Below, piece after piece: positions 44,918 through 54,077 of a stretch of DNA of 64,000 bases. The DNA comes from a virus (Duplodnaviria > Caudoviricetes): positions 1 through 64,000 of the IMG/VR virus record IMGVR_UViG_3300005937_000010, one strand, 5' to 3'. The translations under genes and the position numbers were made by a program. The notes below the pieces were generated by a model. The model had not been told where the DNA came from and ran no database searches. It was given only the letters and a program-made list of their open reading frames with translations. Every line of letters starts with the position of its first letter. Positions within the stretch are counted from its first letter, which is position 1.

Positions 44918-45235
44918 TTAGTTGTCTAGCCAGGAAACAATCGCATCCACATGCCTGCACGTACGACGGGCTTGAAAACCCTGACAAGTGCAGCCACCTT
45001 CCGGCCACTCGTCACTGACCGTTTCCAGGTCTACGCAGTACCAGCCGTCAACACTCCTCGCTTTCACGAGGAAATGGAGACGGCCGATTACGAGAACGCG
45101 CTCAGCGCCCAGGACGAGCGACTTGCCGACGTACCGCTCGCTTCTTAGCGCGTGCTTCCGCTTGACGCTGTGCTGCCAAGACTTCCTCATGGCAGAAGCG
45201 ATTGAACGGGCACTCTTGGTACTGCATGTGCGCAA
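44918..45235 (-). CDS. SWIM zinc-finger protein (start uncertain, probably shorter)
   Basis: CTCQGFQARRTCRH = CxCx8CxH. Confidence 0.6.
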   Translation of the reverse strand: MRTCSTKSARSIASAMRKSWQHSVKRKHALRSERYVGKSLVLGAERVLVIGRLHFLVKARSVDGWYCVDLETVSDEWPEGGCTCQGFQARRTCRHVDAIVSWLDN

Positions 45236-46049
45236 CGCTCACGCATTCGATGTCCGGCAGTTCGTCCTTGGAGTCGTACCACCGCAGTGTGCGCAGGCGG
45301 CGCTGTACGTCGCCCACGTACCCGTCCAGGGGCACGGCTGTCTCGTGTAGGGCCAGCGGGTTGCCACCGCTTGACGGCCCTGCCTTGTTCTCGCAGACAA
45401 GTAGAGCCTCCTTGATGCCAAGATCGAGCACGACATTGGCCAGGTCTGAGTAGCCAACGATCTGCCGTTGGTAGCGCAATGGCGCTCCGTTCTTGACAGT
45501 GCGTTGGAAGTCGATCTGATTGATGCCCTTGAAGTCCACCACCACGGGGTGCTGCTTGCGTGGCAGCTTGGCAATCACGTCGATTGTCCCACCCAGGTCG
45601 CCGTCCACCACCCGTACCTCGACGGCCGGACGCATCCCGTTGAAGAACATCGGATGCCGGATGTCCAGATCGTCGGCCGGTACCATGACAAGCTCAAGTA
45701 GCTCCGCGCGATGCGCCTTCCACATGGCGAACTGCCACTTGAAGTGCTTGAAGTTACCTTCCAGGAAGTAACCGTTGGAACGCGGGTTCTCGATCAGGTG
45801 CTTCTCCTCCCCGCGTTTCCCGAAGTACGCTTGGCGTGTGCAAGTGCCAAGCTGCGACGGAGAGAAGACGCCCGTCTGCCGCTTCACCGCTCGCACTCGC
45901 ACAAGCATGTCCAGGAAGGCGAAGTCCGCCTCGTCCTCCGGAATGACCTCGTGCTCCATGAGCTTCTCCAGGATGGGTACCAAGATCATCCCGGACTTCT
46001 TGGAGCGGCGTGCCTCCAGGATCCGGCGCTCAGTCGATGTCGGTGACAT
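45102..46049 (-). CDS. Cas4-like PD-(D/E)xK exonuclease
   Basis: FSPSQLGTC, GTIDVI, VVDFKG, QIVGY, C-terminal C...CPFNRFC. Confidence 0.8.
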   Translation of the reverse strand: MSPTSTERRILEARRSKKSGMILVPILEKLMEHEVIPEDEADFAFLDMLVRVRAVKRQTGVFSPSQLGTCTRQAYFGKRGEEKHLIENPRSNGYFLEGNFKHFKWQFAMWKAHRAELLELVMVPADDLDIRHPMFFNGMRPAVEVRVVDGDLGGTIDVIAKLPRKQHPVVVDFKGINQIDFQRTVKNGAPLRYQRQIVGYSDLANVVLDLGIKEALLVCENKAGPSSGGNPLALHETAVPLDGYVGDVQRRLRTLRWYDSKDELPDIECVSVAHMQYQECPFNRFCHEEVLAAQRQAEARAKKRAVRRQVARPGR

Positions 46050-46386
46050 GAGCCATCATTGCCAAGTAGTCTTCCTCCAGCATGACGCAGAGCCGTGGCG
46101 TGTCAGGGAGCGTGATGCGCATACGTGGGCGCAGGCCAGGCGGCGTCATCGCCGCCTCCATGCTGATCTTGCGCCACTGCTCCACCGTAAGCGTGTACGA
46201 CTTGTGATCCGTGAACTTGTCATCCACGAGAAAGCCGTTCTCGATCACGTCACCCTTGCGCCCAGGGAAGGCACCGGAGGCCGGTTGCTGCCTGCCGCCC
46301 GTGGAGCGGGCAAGCTGGCGCTCGCTACGCTGCGCTCGCCTGCTCGCGGTCGCGCGATGCCACGGTGTCTGTGGTACGTCTTCCAT
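46030..46386 (-). CDS. Hjc-like PD-(D/E)xK resolvase/nuclease
   Basis: RQQPASGA...KGDV...FLVDDKFT..KSYTL...WRKI..EA. Confidence 0.65.
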   Translation of the reverse strand: MEDVPQTPWHRATASRRAQRSERQLARSTGGRQQPASGAFPGRKGDVIENGFLVDDKFTDHKSYTLTVEQWRKISMEAAMTPPGLRPRMRITLPDTPRLCVMLEEDYLAMMAHVTDID

Positions 46387-46624
46387 TCGTCCCGCCTTTC
46401 CTTGTCTTCCGCTTATCCCACTTGCCAAGCTGTAGCAGCCATCTTGCACAGCACTGCCCCACATCCATCGACGCCGTATAGTTGGAGTGCCGGTGCCGCT
46501 GGTTCTCCTTTGTGGGCTGCGCTGGCGTCATGTACAACTTGGCAGCCAGAGGATTGCCTTCGTCAATCACCTTCTGGCAGTGGTCGCATGTGCGTTGCCC
46601 CCTAGCCACTTTCCCCCTCTGCAA
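46325..46624 (-). CDS. Small Zn-binding hypothetical protein
   Basis: CDHC and QCC motifs. Confidence 0.5.
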   Translation of the reverse strand: MQRGKVARGQRTCDHCQKVIDEGNPLAAKLYMTPAQPTKENQRHRHSNYTASMDVGQCCARWLLQLGKWDKRKTRKGGTNGRRTTDTVASRDREQASAA

Positions 46625-47690
46625 GTAGCTCCGTCTTTGCCTCGATCAGCGCCTCCAGATTAGCGCGTAGCTCATCGTCCTCCATGATGGCTGTCGCCAG
46701 TTGCCGGACGCCGTTGTACTTCTTGGTAGGGAAGCCCTCGACTGTGAACTGGAACATGGTCTTGTTCGGACGCTCGATCAGCCCATCCTCCATGCCAAGG
46801 TCGATTATCTCCCGACCCCTGTCGTACTGTCCTAGCTCGTGATCGAGCATGAGCGTGGCGCTCGACTCCGGCACGCCGCCCGTCTTCTCCTTCTTGAGAG
46901 TGACAAGCACCCACTGGCCGATCTTCACCTTGCGATGCGTGAACTGCGCCTTGTGGACGACCTCCCTGTCCAATGTCTCTGCCTCGGTCTTCTTCAACTC
47001 CACCATCGTGCTGGCGTAGAAGCCCAGGGAGCGCCCGCCTGGCGTGCTCTGCAAGCCGGGGATGCGCCCGATCTTGTCACGCCACTGGTTCGTCCAGATG
47101 AACGCCGTCTTGTCGTTCTGGCTTGTCACTCTGCGCAGGAGCATCGACATCAACCGCGCCAGGCTGGCGACTCTCGCGTCACCTTCCTCAAAGTCGTGCT
47201 CCAACTCCTCCTCCGGGAGCATCGAGGCCACGCTGTCGATTCCCACGACATCCACGGCCGCAATCTCCTCGTCCTTCTGGACGAACAACTGCAACACCTT
47301 GGCAAGCTGGTTGGCTGTGCGCGGCCGATACTTGAGCAACCCCTCGGCGTCACCGCCAAGCTGGACGAACCACGCCTCATCGAAGATGCCCTCTCCGTCC
47401 ACGATGGCGCAGACCTCGCCACGTTGCTGCGCAGCGATCAGCGTCATGTAGACGAGGAGTGACTTGCCAACCTGCCAGTCTCCATAGATCACGGTGTGCC
47501 GACCACGGGAGATGCCGCCGCGCAGAAGGCGATCAAGTGCCAAGCTGCCGGTGGTGATTTTCTGGATCTGGAAACTCGGATCGGAGCCGAAGCGGATGAG
47601 GTTCTCACCCATCTGCTGGTTGACACGGGCTGCAACGCGCTGTGCGGCCATGTGAGGCGATCTGAGCGTTGCCCCTGTCTTCCTAGCCAT
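46602..47690 (-). CDS. recA: RecA/UvsX-like recombinase
   Basis: ITTGSLALDRLLRGGISRGR, GDWQVGKS P-loop, VGIDSVASM, FIWTNQWRDKIG, TPGGRSLGFYAS. Confidence 0.9.
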   Translation of the reverse strand: MARKTGATLRSPHMAAQRVAARVNQQMGENLIRFGSDPSFQIQKITTGSLALDRLLRGGISRGRHTVIYGDWQVGKSLLVYMTLIAAQQRGEVCAIVDGEGIFDEAWFVQLGGDAEGLLKYRPRTANQLAKVLQLFVQKDEEIAAVDVVGIDSVASMLPEEELEHDFEEGDARVASLARLMSMLLRRVTSQNDKTAFIWTNQWRDKIGRIPGLQSTPGGRSLGFYASTMVELKKTEAETLDREVVHKAQFTHRKVKIGQWVLVTLKKEKTGGVPESSATLMLDHELGQYDRGREIIDLGMEDGLIERPNKTMFQFTVEGFPTKKYNGVRQLATAIMEDDELRANLEALIEAKTELLAEGESG

Positions 47691-48126
47691 TGGGCTGTTC
47701 CGGGCCGTCCTGGAGCCTGTCAGCGTCTTCTGGCGGTACCTCCGGTTCCATGTTCGCTTCCGACCTCTGCGCGTAGACGAGGTTGCCGTCTGTGTACGCA
47801 TCGTCGCTGATCGCGTACTCCATCGGGTTGAGCTTGATGACGTACTGGCGGGGATCCTGCGAGTTGCCGAAGTACAGGAGCGTGGCCGGGTTGCCGCCGA
47901 CCGTCTCCTGAGCGCCAAGCACCGTCAGCGTGAGCGACTGACCGACTAGCTCCTCCGGCGGCTTGGCAACCTCCGTGTCGAAGTTGACGATCATCCCGCC
48001 GCCCTCAAACTTGACGGCCCACTCGCCCTCGGACGGATGGCCGGACGTGTCCAGGATTTCCTCCACGCTGCGACCGTGGAAATGATCCACACTGACCGGG
48101 CCGTAGCTCTCCATCGACTGACTCAT
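47683..48126 (-). CDS. Hypothetical acidic protein
   Basis: AAGGAGG RBS. Confidence 0.65.
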   Translation of the reverse strand: MSQSMESYGPVSVDHFHGRSVEEILDTSGHPSEGEWAVKFEGGGMIVNFDTEVAKPPEELVGQSLTLTVLGAQETVGGNPATLLYFGNSQDPRQYVIKLNPMEYAISDDAYTDGNLVYAQRSEANMEPEVPPEDADRLQDGPEQPNG

Positions 48127-48509
48127 GCTGCCTCCTTTACGAACCGACGCCGATAGTTCGGATTCGGATGGTAACTGGCAAGAATCTGATCTAGCTTCGC
48201 AAGCTTGGCAGACGATTGTATCGGCACAAGCTCACGAATCATCTCAAAGCCTTCCTTACGAGTGATGAAGACTTGAGTCAGCGGCTTCCATTCTGGCCTC
48301 TCAGCGTTCTCCCGCGAATGAATCCAGTACGGAATACCAAGTTCCATCAGGCAGGCAACACAAGCCACGATGATGTCCATGTCTGTATTGCCGATGGAAA
48401 CCTGTCGGTTGGCTGCACGTCGTCCATCAGCGGGATGCTTACACATACTGACAGTGCCTTCACCGTCAATCATCGCTGCCAAGTAAGTGGCTGCAAACTC
48501 AGGTGTCAT
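48123..48509 (-). CDS. Free-standing single-motif LAGLIDADG homing endonuclease
   Basis: AATYLAAMIDGEGTV...VSIGNTD; lower GC than the flanks. Confidence 0.8.
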   Translation of the reverse strand: MTPEFAATYLAAMIDGEGTVSMCKHPADGRRAANRQVSIGNTDMDIIVACVACLMELGIPYWIHSRENAERPEWKPLTQVFITRKEGFEMIRELVPIQSSAKLAKLDQILASYHPNPNYRRRFVKEAA

Positions 48510-48645
48510 GGCCAGCCAGCTTCGCAATCAGATCACGGATACGCTTGGCTACTTCCTTGTCAATCTTCGGCTCGTCGTCAACACTTCCGACCTTGGAGTC
48601 GAGGTAGCCAAGCGCGTACGCAATCTCTGACTCCATGCTTGTCAT
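48499..48645 (-). CDS. Small hypothetical protein
   Basis: AGGAGG RBS before ATG 48645. Confidence 0.5.
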   Translation of the reverse strand: MTSMESEIAYALGYLDSKVGSVDDEPKIDKEVAKRIRDLIAKLAGHDT

Positions 48646-48653
48646 GCTGCCTC

Positions 48654-48923
48654 CTAGTCGGGGAGCTTGATGCGGTCGGCGTTGACGGTCTGCCAATCAA
48701 GGATGCGCTGGACGTGCTCGTCCAGGTTTGCCAGCCATTCGGACGGCGGCGCGTCTCCGTCGCCTAGAGCCTGCAAGCGCAGGTTGCGGTAGCGTGCCAA
48801 GAGTGGCACGAGCAGGCTATCCTGCGCACGGAACAGGAAGATCGGCTCATCGCTGCCGTTGAGCGGGTGAGCCTCGCTGTCGTTCTCGATGGTGATTTCA
48901 CCGTACTTGTCATCGTGTGCCAT
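48654..48923 (-). CDS. Hypothetical protein (EPIFLFRAQD...LLARY)
   Basis: GAGGAG RBS; the motif is common in phage hypothetical proteins. Confidence 0.65.
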   Translation of the reverse strand: MAHDDKYGEITIENDSEAHPLNGSDEPIFLFRAQDSLLVPLLARYRNLRLQALGDGDAPPSEWLANLDEHVQRILDWQTVNADRIKLPD

Positions 48924-48924
48924 G

Positions 48925-51900
48925 TCATCTCCTCATCGTGTTCTTCTCTCGGGCATATCTGACTACCTTCTTGGCAGTGTCCTCGTCTACGTGCCACATC
49001 TGCGGGTTCTGATCCTCTGCTCCGACGACGCCCCACAGCTTGAAGCCGGTGTTGGCACCGCGCACGAAGGGCATGGCCACCTGACCCTCTGCGGTAACGA
49101 CTGCGCCGGGTGATTCTGCCAAGGTGCGGATCAGCTTGGACTCCGCTGCCTTCTCCTCCGGCACCCGCAAGTCGAAGGGGATCCCGTTCTCGTCCACGAC
49201 CGTGAGCAAGTGCGCGTTGTACGCGCCGGTTGCAGACGACTTGGTAGCGAAGCTGATCTTGGACGGGATCCAAAACATCTTGGCGCAGAACGCCTTGCCC
49301 TCGGTGATGTTGACGCCGCGCTGCAAGCCCAGGTACTTCCACTTCCCGACCTTGGCACGTATCGACGGCTTGAGGCCGCGCATCGCTCGTGGCATGTTGA
49401 TGCAGAAGCCGAGAATCTCGTACTCTGCGTCATCGCTGTCCTCGCCTGCGACTCCGAGGCTCTCCATGCCACCGATCCTGCCAAGGTTGGTGCGCACAGT
49501 GATGTCCACTGCGTTGCTGGCAGTGCGCTCTTGCAGATCGTCCTCGCTCGTGAACGGCTGGTTGCGCACGATGCTGTTGGCAGCCACCGGCCCGATGTCA
49601 CGGACACGCAGGAGGCCGACGCGAATAGCCTGGCCATCGCTGCCCTTCGTGAAGCCGCCGTGCGACGTGTTCACATCCGGCGGCTCAAAGCGGAAGCCCT
49701 CACCGATGGCGGCTGCCAAGTAGCGAGGGTTCTTCGGGTACCTGTCGAGCAGAGAGACGAAGAACTCCTGGCCGTGATGCGCTGCCAGGTAGGCGTTCTT
49801 CTTTCCCAGGATGGAGTAGCTCGTGGCATGCCCACGGTTGAACGTGTAGCCCTGGAGCTTCTCCCACTCTGCCCACACTTCGTCGGCCTCGCCCTGCTCC
49901 CACAGCTTGTCAGCGTACTTGCGGTACGTCGGCTCAAACTCCTCAAACAACTGGCGCGCTCCACGGCCTGCACCCTTGGCGGTCTTGATCGCCTTATAGA
50001 GCTTGTCAATCTCCTCGCCGGTCATCCCCATCCCCTTGCCCATCTCCATGATCTGCTCCTGGTAGATGGCGATGCCGTACGTCTCGTCCAGGTACGAGGC
50101 CACCATCTCGTTCGTGCTGGCCCAGTCCTCCCGCCCGTGCTTGCGATTGACGAAGTGCTTGTCCAGCCCTGTGCGCGTCCCTGACGGCCGGTAGAGGGCA
50201 TTGACGGCGACTAGCTCGTGGTCGCTCTCAGGCACGACCTCGATCAGACCACGGCGCTGCGTGGCTCCCTGGAAGGTATGCACCCCCTCAGTGCGTCCTT
50301 CCTGGAGGAGCTTGTACGTCGCCTCGTCCTTGGCATCGTAGATCCCAGGCTCCGTCGCCATGATCGCATCAAGCCAGTCCATGTCCTTGCCAAGCTGCCT
50401 GGCGATGTTGTGCATGATCGAGAGTGTGTCCAGCCGGAGCAAGTCCAGCTTGAGGAAGCCCATCTCCTCGATCCACTTCATGTTGAACTGCGTGACCATT
50501 GCGTTGCTGGAGCCGATCCGGTACATCGGCACCCACTCGCTCAGCTTACGCTCCGGCGTACCGATGGCCAGGGCGCAGGCGTGCTGCGACACGCCACCGA
50601 TCTGATCGAAGACCTGGCTGGCCTCTCCGTGGATGTCGATGCCAAGCTCCTCAAGCAGCCGCTCGTACGCATCCTCGTCCTCGGCCACCGAATCAGAGTC
50701 CGACTGGCTTGGCAGGAGCTTCGTGTACTCGCTGATCTTCTCCTCCGGGACGCCATGCGCCTCCGCGATCAGGCGGAAGGCCGCACGGTTCTGGAGCGTG
50801 GTGAAGTTGCAGATCGGCACGACCTCCTGGCCAAGCTCAGCCATGTACTCCGTGACCATCTTCACCACGTCCTTGCGGCGGTGGCCCTCGATGTCGATGT
50901 CCACGTCCGGGAACTTGGCAGAGGCCGGGTTGACGAAGCGCTCAAACATGAGCTTGTAGTGGATGGGATCAATCTCGGTGATGCGCAGGCAGAAGTTGAC
51001 AAGACTGTTCGCAGCGGAGCCGCGCGTCCAGGTGTACGTGCCACTGTCCCGGCACAGCCGGATGATGTCGGCGTAGATCAGGAGGTAGTGCCCGAACTGC
51101 GACATCGCCTCTAGCTCGTAGTCGAAGCGCTCCTGCGCTGCCGTGCCGTACTTGGCAACCATCGACTTGAGCCTCGGCTTCGCACGCCGTCTGATTTCTG
51201 CCACCGGATCGGAGTACGGCGACCTTGGCAGTGCGTACGAGAAGTTGTCCAGAGGATCCAGCTTGATGTCGGCCTCGTCCACGATGGCCTGGATCGACTC
51301 GATGGACTCCTTGGCAGCCCACGGCGGCAGCGTCTCGGCCAGCCGCTCCATCGACTGCATGTAGTTCGTCCAGTACCCGTACTGCGCTGCGTACCCGGTC
51401 GCCACGTCCTGCGTGGAGCGGGCACGGTAGTTGTCCTGCTTGCTGTGATCCTTGCGCGCCAGCATGCCAAGGTGAGCGGCGCGCTGGCGGGGGTGCTGGT
51501 AGTGCGAGTCGTTCGTGATGATGACCGGGATGCCGAGAGTAGCTGCCAAGCCGAGAAGGCGCTCACGCACGGCGTTCTGATCCTCCACGAAGTTCTCGTA
51601 GTGAGCGAATCCCTGGCCGAGAAACTTGTCAGCCCCGTGGTTCTGTAGCTCCACGTAGAAGTTGGGGAACACCGCCTGCATCGACTCCAGGTAGGAGGCG
51701 GCGGCGTAGTCGGCTGCCTCGTTCTCGTGGACTAGACACTGGCAAAGCTCCCCACCCATGCAACCTGACAAGATGACGTTGTGGCTCAGGTTGTATGGAG
51801 CCAGGTCGATCATGCGCTCGATGGAGATGCGCGGCCCGTTGTAGTACAGCGGCCTCTCCATGCTGGCGCTCACCCAGGCCACGAGATTCTTGTAGCCCTC

Positions 51901-52188
51901 GGTTGAGAGTGCCAAGACGGTCAGGTGACGGCGCTCCTTGAGCACGTCCTTGTTCCCGTCTACGAGGTAGTCCTCCGGGGTGACATACATCTCGCATCCG
52001 AGGATCGGCTTGATCCCCGCCTTGGTAGCCTCCGCATACAAAGCCGGAGCGCTGCCAAGCCACCCGTGTTCGGTGAGCGAGACAGCGCTCCAGCCCAGTT
52101 CCTTCGCCCGACTCACCACGTTTGCAGGACTGGAGAATCCATCCCACGTCGAGTAGCCGGAGTGGACATGGAAGTCGGGCGCGTTCAT
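48925..52188 (-). CDS. dnaE: DNA polymerase III alpha subunit (family C)
   Basis: PHP domain (HVHSGYSTWDG, TEHG, TNDSHY), RGSAANSL, FERFVNP, PDVDID, KLDLL, YTFNRGHATSY. Confidence 0.95.
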   Translation of the reverse strand: MNAPDFHVHSGYSTWDGFSSPANVVSRAKELGWSAVSLTEHGWLGSAPALYAEATKAGIKPILGCEMYVTPEDYLVDGNKDVLKERRHLTVLALSTEGYKNLVAWVSASMERPLYYNGPRISIERMIDLAPYNLSHNVILSGCMGGELCQCLVHENEAADYAAASYLESMQAVFPNFYVELQNHGADKFLGQGFAHYENFVEDQNAVRERLLGLAATLGIPVIITNDSHYQHPRQRAAHLGMLARKDHSKQDNYRARSTQDVATGYAAQYGYWTNYMQSMERLAETLPPWAAKESIESIQAIVDEADIKLDPLDNFSYALPRSPYSDPVAEIRRRAKPRLKSMVAKYGTAAQERFDYELEAMSQFGHYLLIYADIIRLCRDSGTYTWTRGSAANSLVNFCLRITEIDPIHYKLMFERFVNPASAKFPDVDIDIEGHRRKDVVKMVTEYMAELGQEVVPICNFTTLQNRAAFRLIAEAHGVPEEKISEYTKLLPSQSDSDSVAEDEDAYERLLEELGIDIHGEASQVFDQIGGVSQHACALAIGTPERKLSEWVPMYRIGSSNAMVTQFNMKWIEEMGFLKLDLLRLDTLSIMHNIARQLGKDMDWLDAIMATEPGIYDAKDEATYKLLQEGRTEGVHTFQGATQRRGLIEVVPESDHELVAVNALYRPSGTRTGLDKHFVNRKHGREDWASTNEMVASYLDETYGIAIYQEQIMEMGKGMGMTGEEIDKLYKAIKTAKGAGRGARQLFEEFEPTYRKYADKLWEQGEADEVWAEWEKLQGYTFNRGHATSYSILGKKNAYLAAHHGQEFFVSLLDRYPKNPRYLAAAIGEGFRFEPPDVNTSHGGFTKGSDGQAIRVGLLRVRDIGPVAANSIVRNQPFTSEDDLQERTASNAVDITVRTNLGRIGGMESLGVAGEDSDDAEYEILGFCINMPRAMRGLKPSIRAKVGKWKYLGLQRGVNITEGKAFCAKMFWIPSKISFATKSSATGAYNAHLLTVVDENGIPFDLRVPEEKAAESKLIRTLAESPGAVVTAEGQVAMPFVRGANTGFKLWGVVGAEDQNPQMWHVDEDTAKKVVRYAREKNTMRR

Positions 52189-52191
52189 GTT

Positions 52192-52284
52192 CTACTTCTC
52201 CTCGTCGCCGTTGTCGTCGTCCGGCTCCGGCTCTGTCGGCTCCGGCTCCGGCTCTGGCGCTGTTGGTGTCGGTGTCTCTGCCAC
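52192..52284 (-). CDS. 30-aa acidic Pro/Glu peptide (MAETPTPTAPEPEPEPTEPEPDDDNGDEEK)
   Basis: AAAGGAGGG RBS; the stop lies 4 nt before the dnaE start. Confidence 0.5.
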   Translation of the reverse strand: MAETPTPTAPEPEPEPTEPEPDDDNGDEEK

Positions 52285-52310
52285 GTTCCCTCCTTTCGAC
52301 TTGGTAGGCA

Positions 52311-52715
52311 TCAGGCTGCGGCCTTTCGCTTGGCCCTCGGCTTACCCGCCAACTGCTCGTGAAGCTCCTGCCCGACGTTGGTGCGCAGGCTCGGGAACTT
52401 GGCACTGAGCGACGGCGACTTCTTGATCTTGACCATGAACTTGTCAGGCTCATCGGCCCGGAGCGTCTTGGGTGGCTCATCGGGCTTGAAGGGGTTGCGG
52501 ATCTGCGTACCCTTCTTCCGTCCCGCCTTGACCACCGGCTCAAAGGAACACAGGCCGGTGAGATTGACCTTGTACCCCTGGATGATGCAGTCCGTCACTT
52601 CGTCCTTCAACGCCGTGAGGAACTTTCTGATCTGCGACTCTGGCGTGCCAGGGAGCCGCAAACCAATCTCGTGGATCAGATCCCCTTCGTTCAGTGAGAT
52701 TGGCCCCTTAGCCAT
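52311..52715 (-). CDS. HU/IHF-family DNA-binding protein
   Basis: GYKVNLTGLCSFEPVVKAGRKKGTQIRNPF; start ATG 52715. Confidence 0.85.
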   Translation of the reverse strand: MAKGPISLNEGDLIHEIGLRLPGTPESQIRKFLTALKDEVTDCIIQGYKVNLTGLCSFEPVVKAGRKKGTQIRNPFKPDEPPKTLRADEPDKFMVKIKKSPSLSAKFPSLRTNVGQELHEQLAGKPRAKRKAAA

Positions 52716-52795
52716 CTTGTCACTCTCGCTTCGTTTCGGGATGATTCCGGGGCGGTAACGAGCGCCAACTCCCACCGCCCCGGAACTTGTCAGTC

Positions 52796-54073
52796 CTACT
52801 TGCCCTTGCCCCTCGCCGCACCCGCCGCAGCCGGGGTGCGCTTGCGCGTGGCAGGAGCAGCGGTCTTGCGACCCTTCGCCGGAGCCGGAGCCTCGTCTTC
52901 CTTGAGGGTCGGCACCTTGGTAGCCACCATGTCGCCCACGGTGTCCTTCTCCGCAGAGAGGATGATGACGCTGCCCTCCTCGTAGTCCGCGAAGTCCACC
53001 TTGCTGGCAGGCCCGCGATCCAGGAAGTAGAGCGTGAATGCCAAGTCCAACTCGTCAGACTTGACCTCCATCGTGCTGGAGCCTACGTCGATGCTGACGA
53101 CTTCAAACTCCGCATCCTCCAACTCGTCAGGAAGCTCGTTGTCGGCAACCGGCTCCTCGTCCTCGTCCGGCTCCTCCTCGATGGTCGGCTCCGCGCTGAG
53201 CACGAAGTCGCCATCGGGATCGGACTCGTACGAGATGGTGAGCGCCTGTCCTTCCTCCAACGACTCCAGGGAGAAGGAGATGTCGGCGTTCGTCCAGACC
53301 TTGGCAGGCCCGTCGTAGTCGTCGCTCGTCACCATGACGAAGTTGCCGTCCTCGTCGGCCTCGTCCACGACGACATCCAGATCGTCGGCCTCGGTGGGCC
53401 ACTCGTCCTGCGCCGACTTGCGCTTGCTATTCGTGCTGGCCTTGCCCTTGGCAGGCGTCGGCTCGTCGTCGTCGTCCATCGCGTTGACGGCGCGAGCCAC
53501 TGCCAAGCCTTCCATGGCCTTGTTGAGCCGGTTCGTGACCATGGTGTCGTAGTCCACGCCCGACGCCTTGAGCGTCTCCCTGACCGCCGTCTTCGTCATC
53601 GGCTTCTTCTGCTTGGCAGCCAGGAGGTAGTTGCCCCTGTCGTCCAGACGAGAGACGCGGAACTGCACGCCGATGGGTGACTCGTCCTCGGCGCGCATCT
53701 CCGTGATCTGCTTGATGACAAGACTGTTGGCCCGGAAGCTCCGAACCTCGCCCTCGCCACCGTTCAAGTCTGCGCCCTTCTCGTCCTTGACCACGAGCCA
53801 GGCGGTGTAGGCCACGTCCCGTGGCTTGTCACCGTCCTCGCACAGCGGGCAGTCGTCGCCAGCGCACGGGACGGAGCTACCGCCCTTGCCACTGGGAACC
53901 CAGTGCTGGAGGTACTCGTAGTACCCCTGCTCGTCCTTGGCAGGATCGCCGTCGAACAAGGCAAATCCGAGGAAGTTCTCCCCCTCTACCAAGTCGATGA
54001 ATCCGGCGCTGCCAGTCCTGCGGTCTTCCTCGTCACGGACGCGCTTCGGCGTCCATTGTCTCGCTCTCGGCAT
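52796..54073 (-). CDS. Single-stranded DNA-binding protein (gp32/gp2.5-like) with extended acidic C-terminal domains
   Basis: YYEYLQHW...PCAGDDCPLC...AWLVV N-terminal module; very acidic; position between primase and HU. Confidence 0.6.
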   Translation of the reverse strand: MPRARQWTPKRVRDEEDRRTGSAGFIDLVEGENFLGFALFDGDPAKDEQGYYEYLQHWVPSGKGGSSVPCAGDDCPLCEDGDKPRDVAYTAWLVVKDEKGADLNGGEGEVRSFRANSLVIKQITEMRAEDESPIGVQFRVSRLDDRGNYLLAAKQKKPMTKTAVRETLKASGVDYDTMVTNRLNKAMEGLAVARAVNAMDDDDEPTPAKGKASTNSKRKSAQDEWPTEADDLDVVVDEADEDGNFVMVTSDDYDGPAKVWTNADISFSLESLEEGQALTISYESDPDGDFVLSAEPTIEEEPDEDEEPVADNELPDELEDAEFEVVSIDVGSSTMEVKSDELDLAFTLYFLDRGPASKVDFADYEEGSVIILSAEKDTVGDMVATKVPTLKEDEAPAPAKGRKTAAPATRKRTPAAAGAARGKGK

Positions 54074-54077
54074 ATCT

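Noticed and set aside
45102-46049. Cas4-like gene as evidence of a CRISPR system
   Set aside because: There is no repeat-spacer array or other cas gene. Solo Cas4-like nucleases are common in phage recombination modules.
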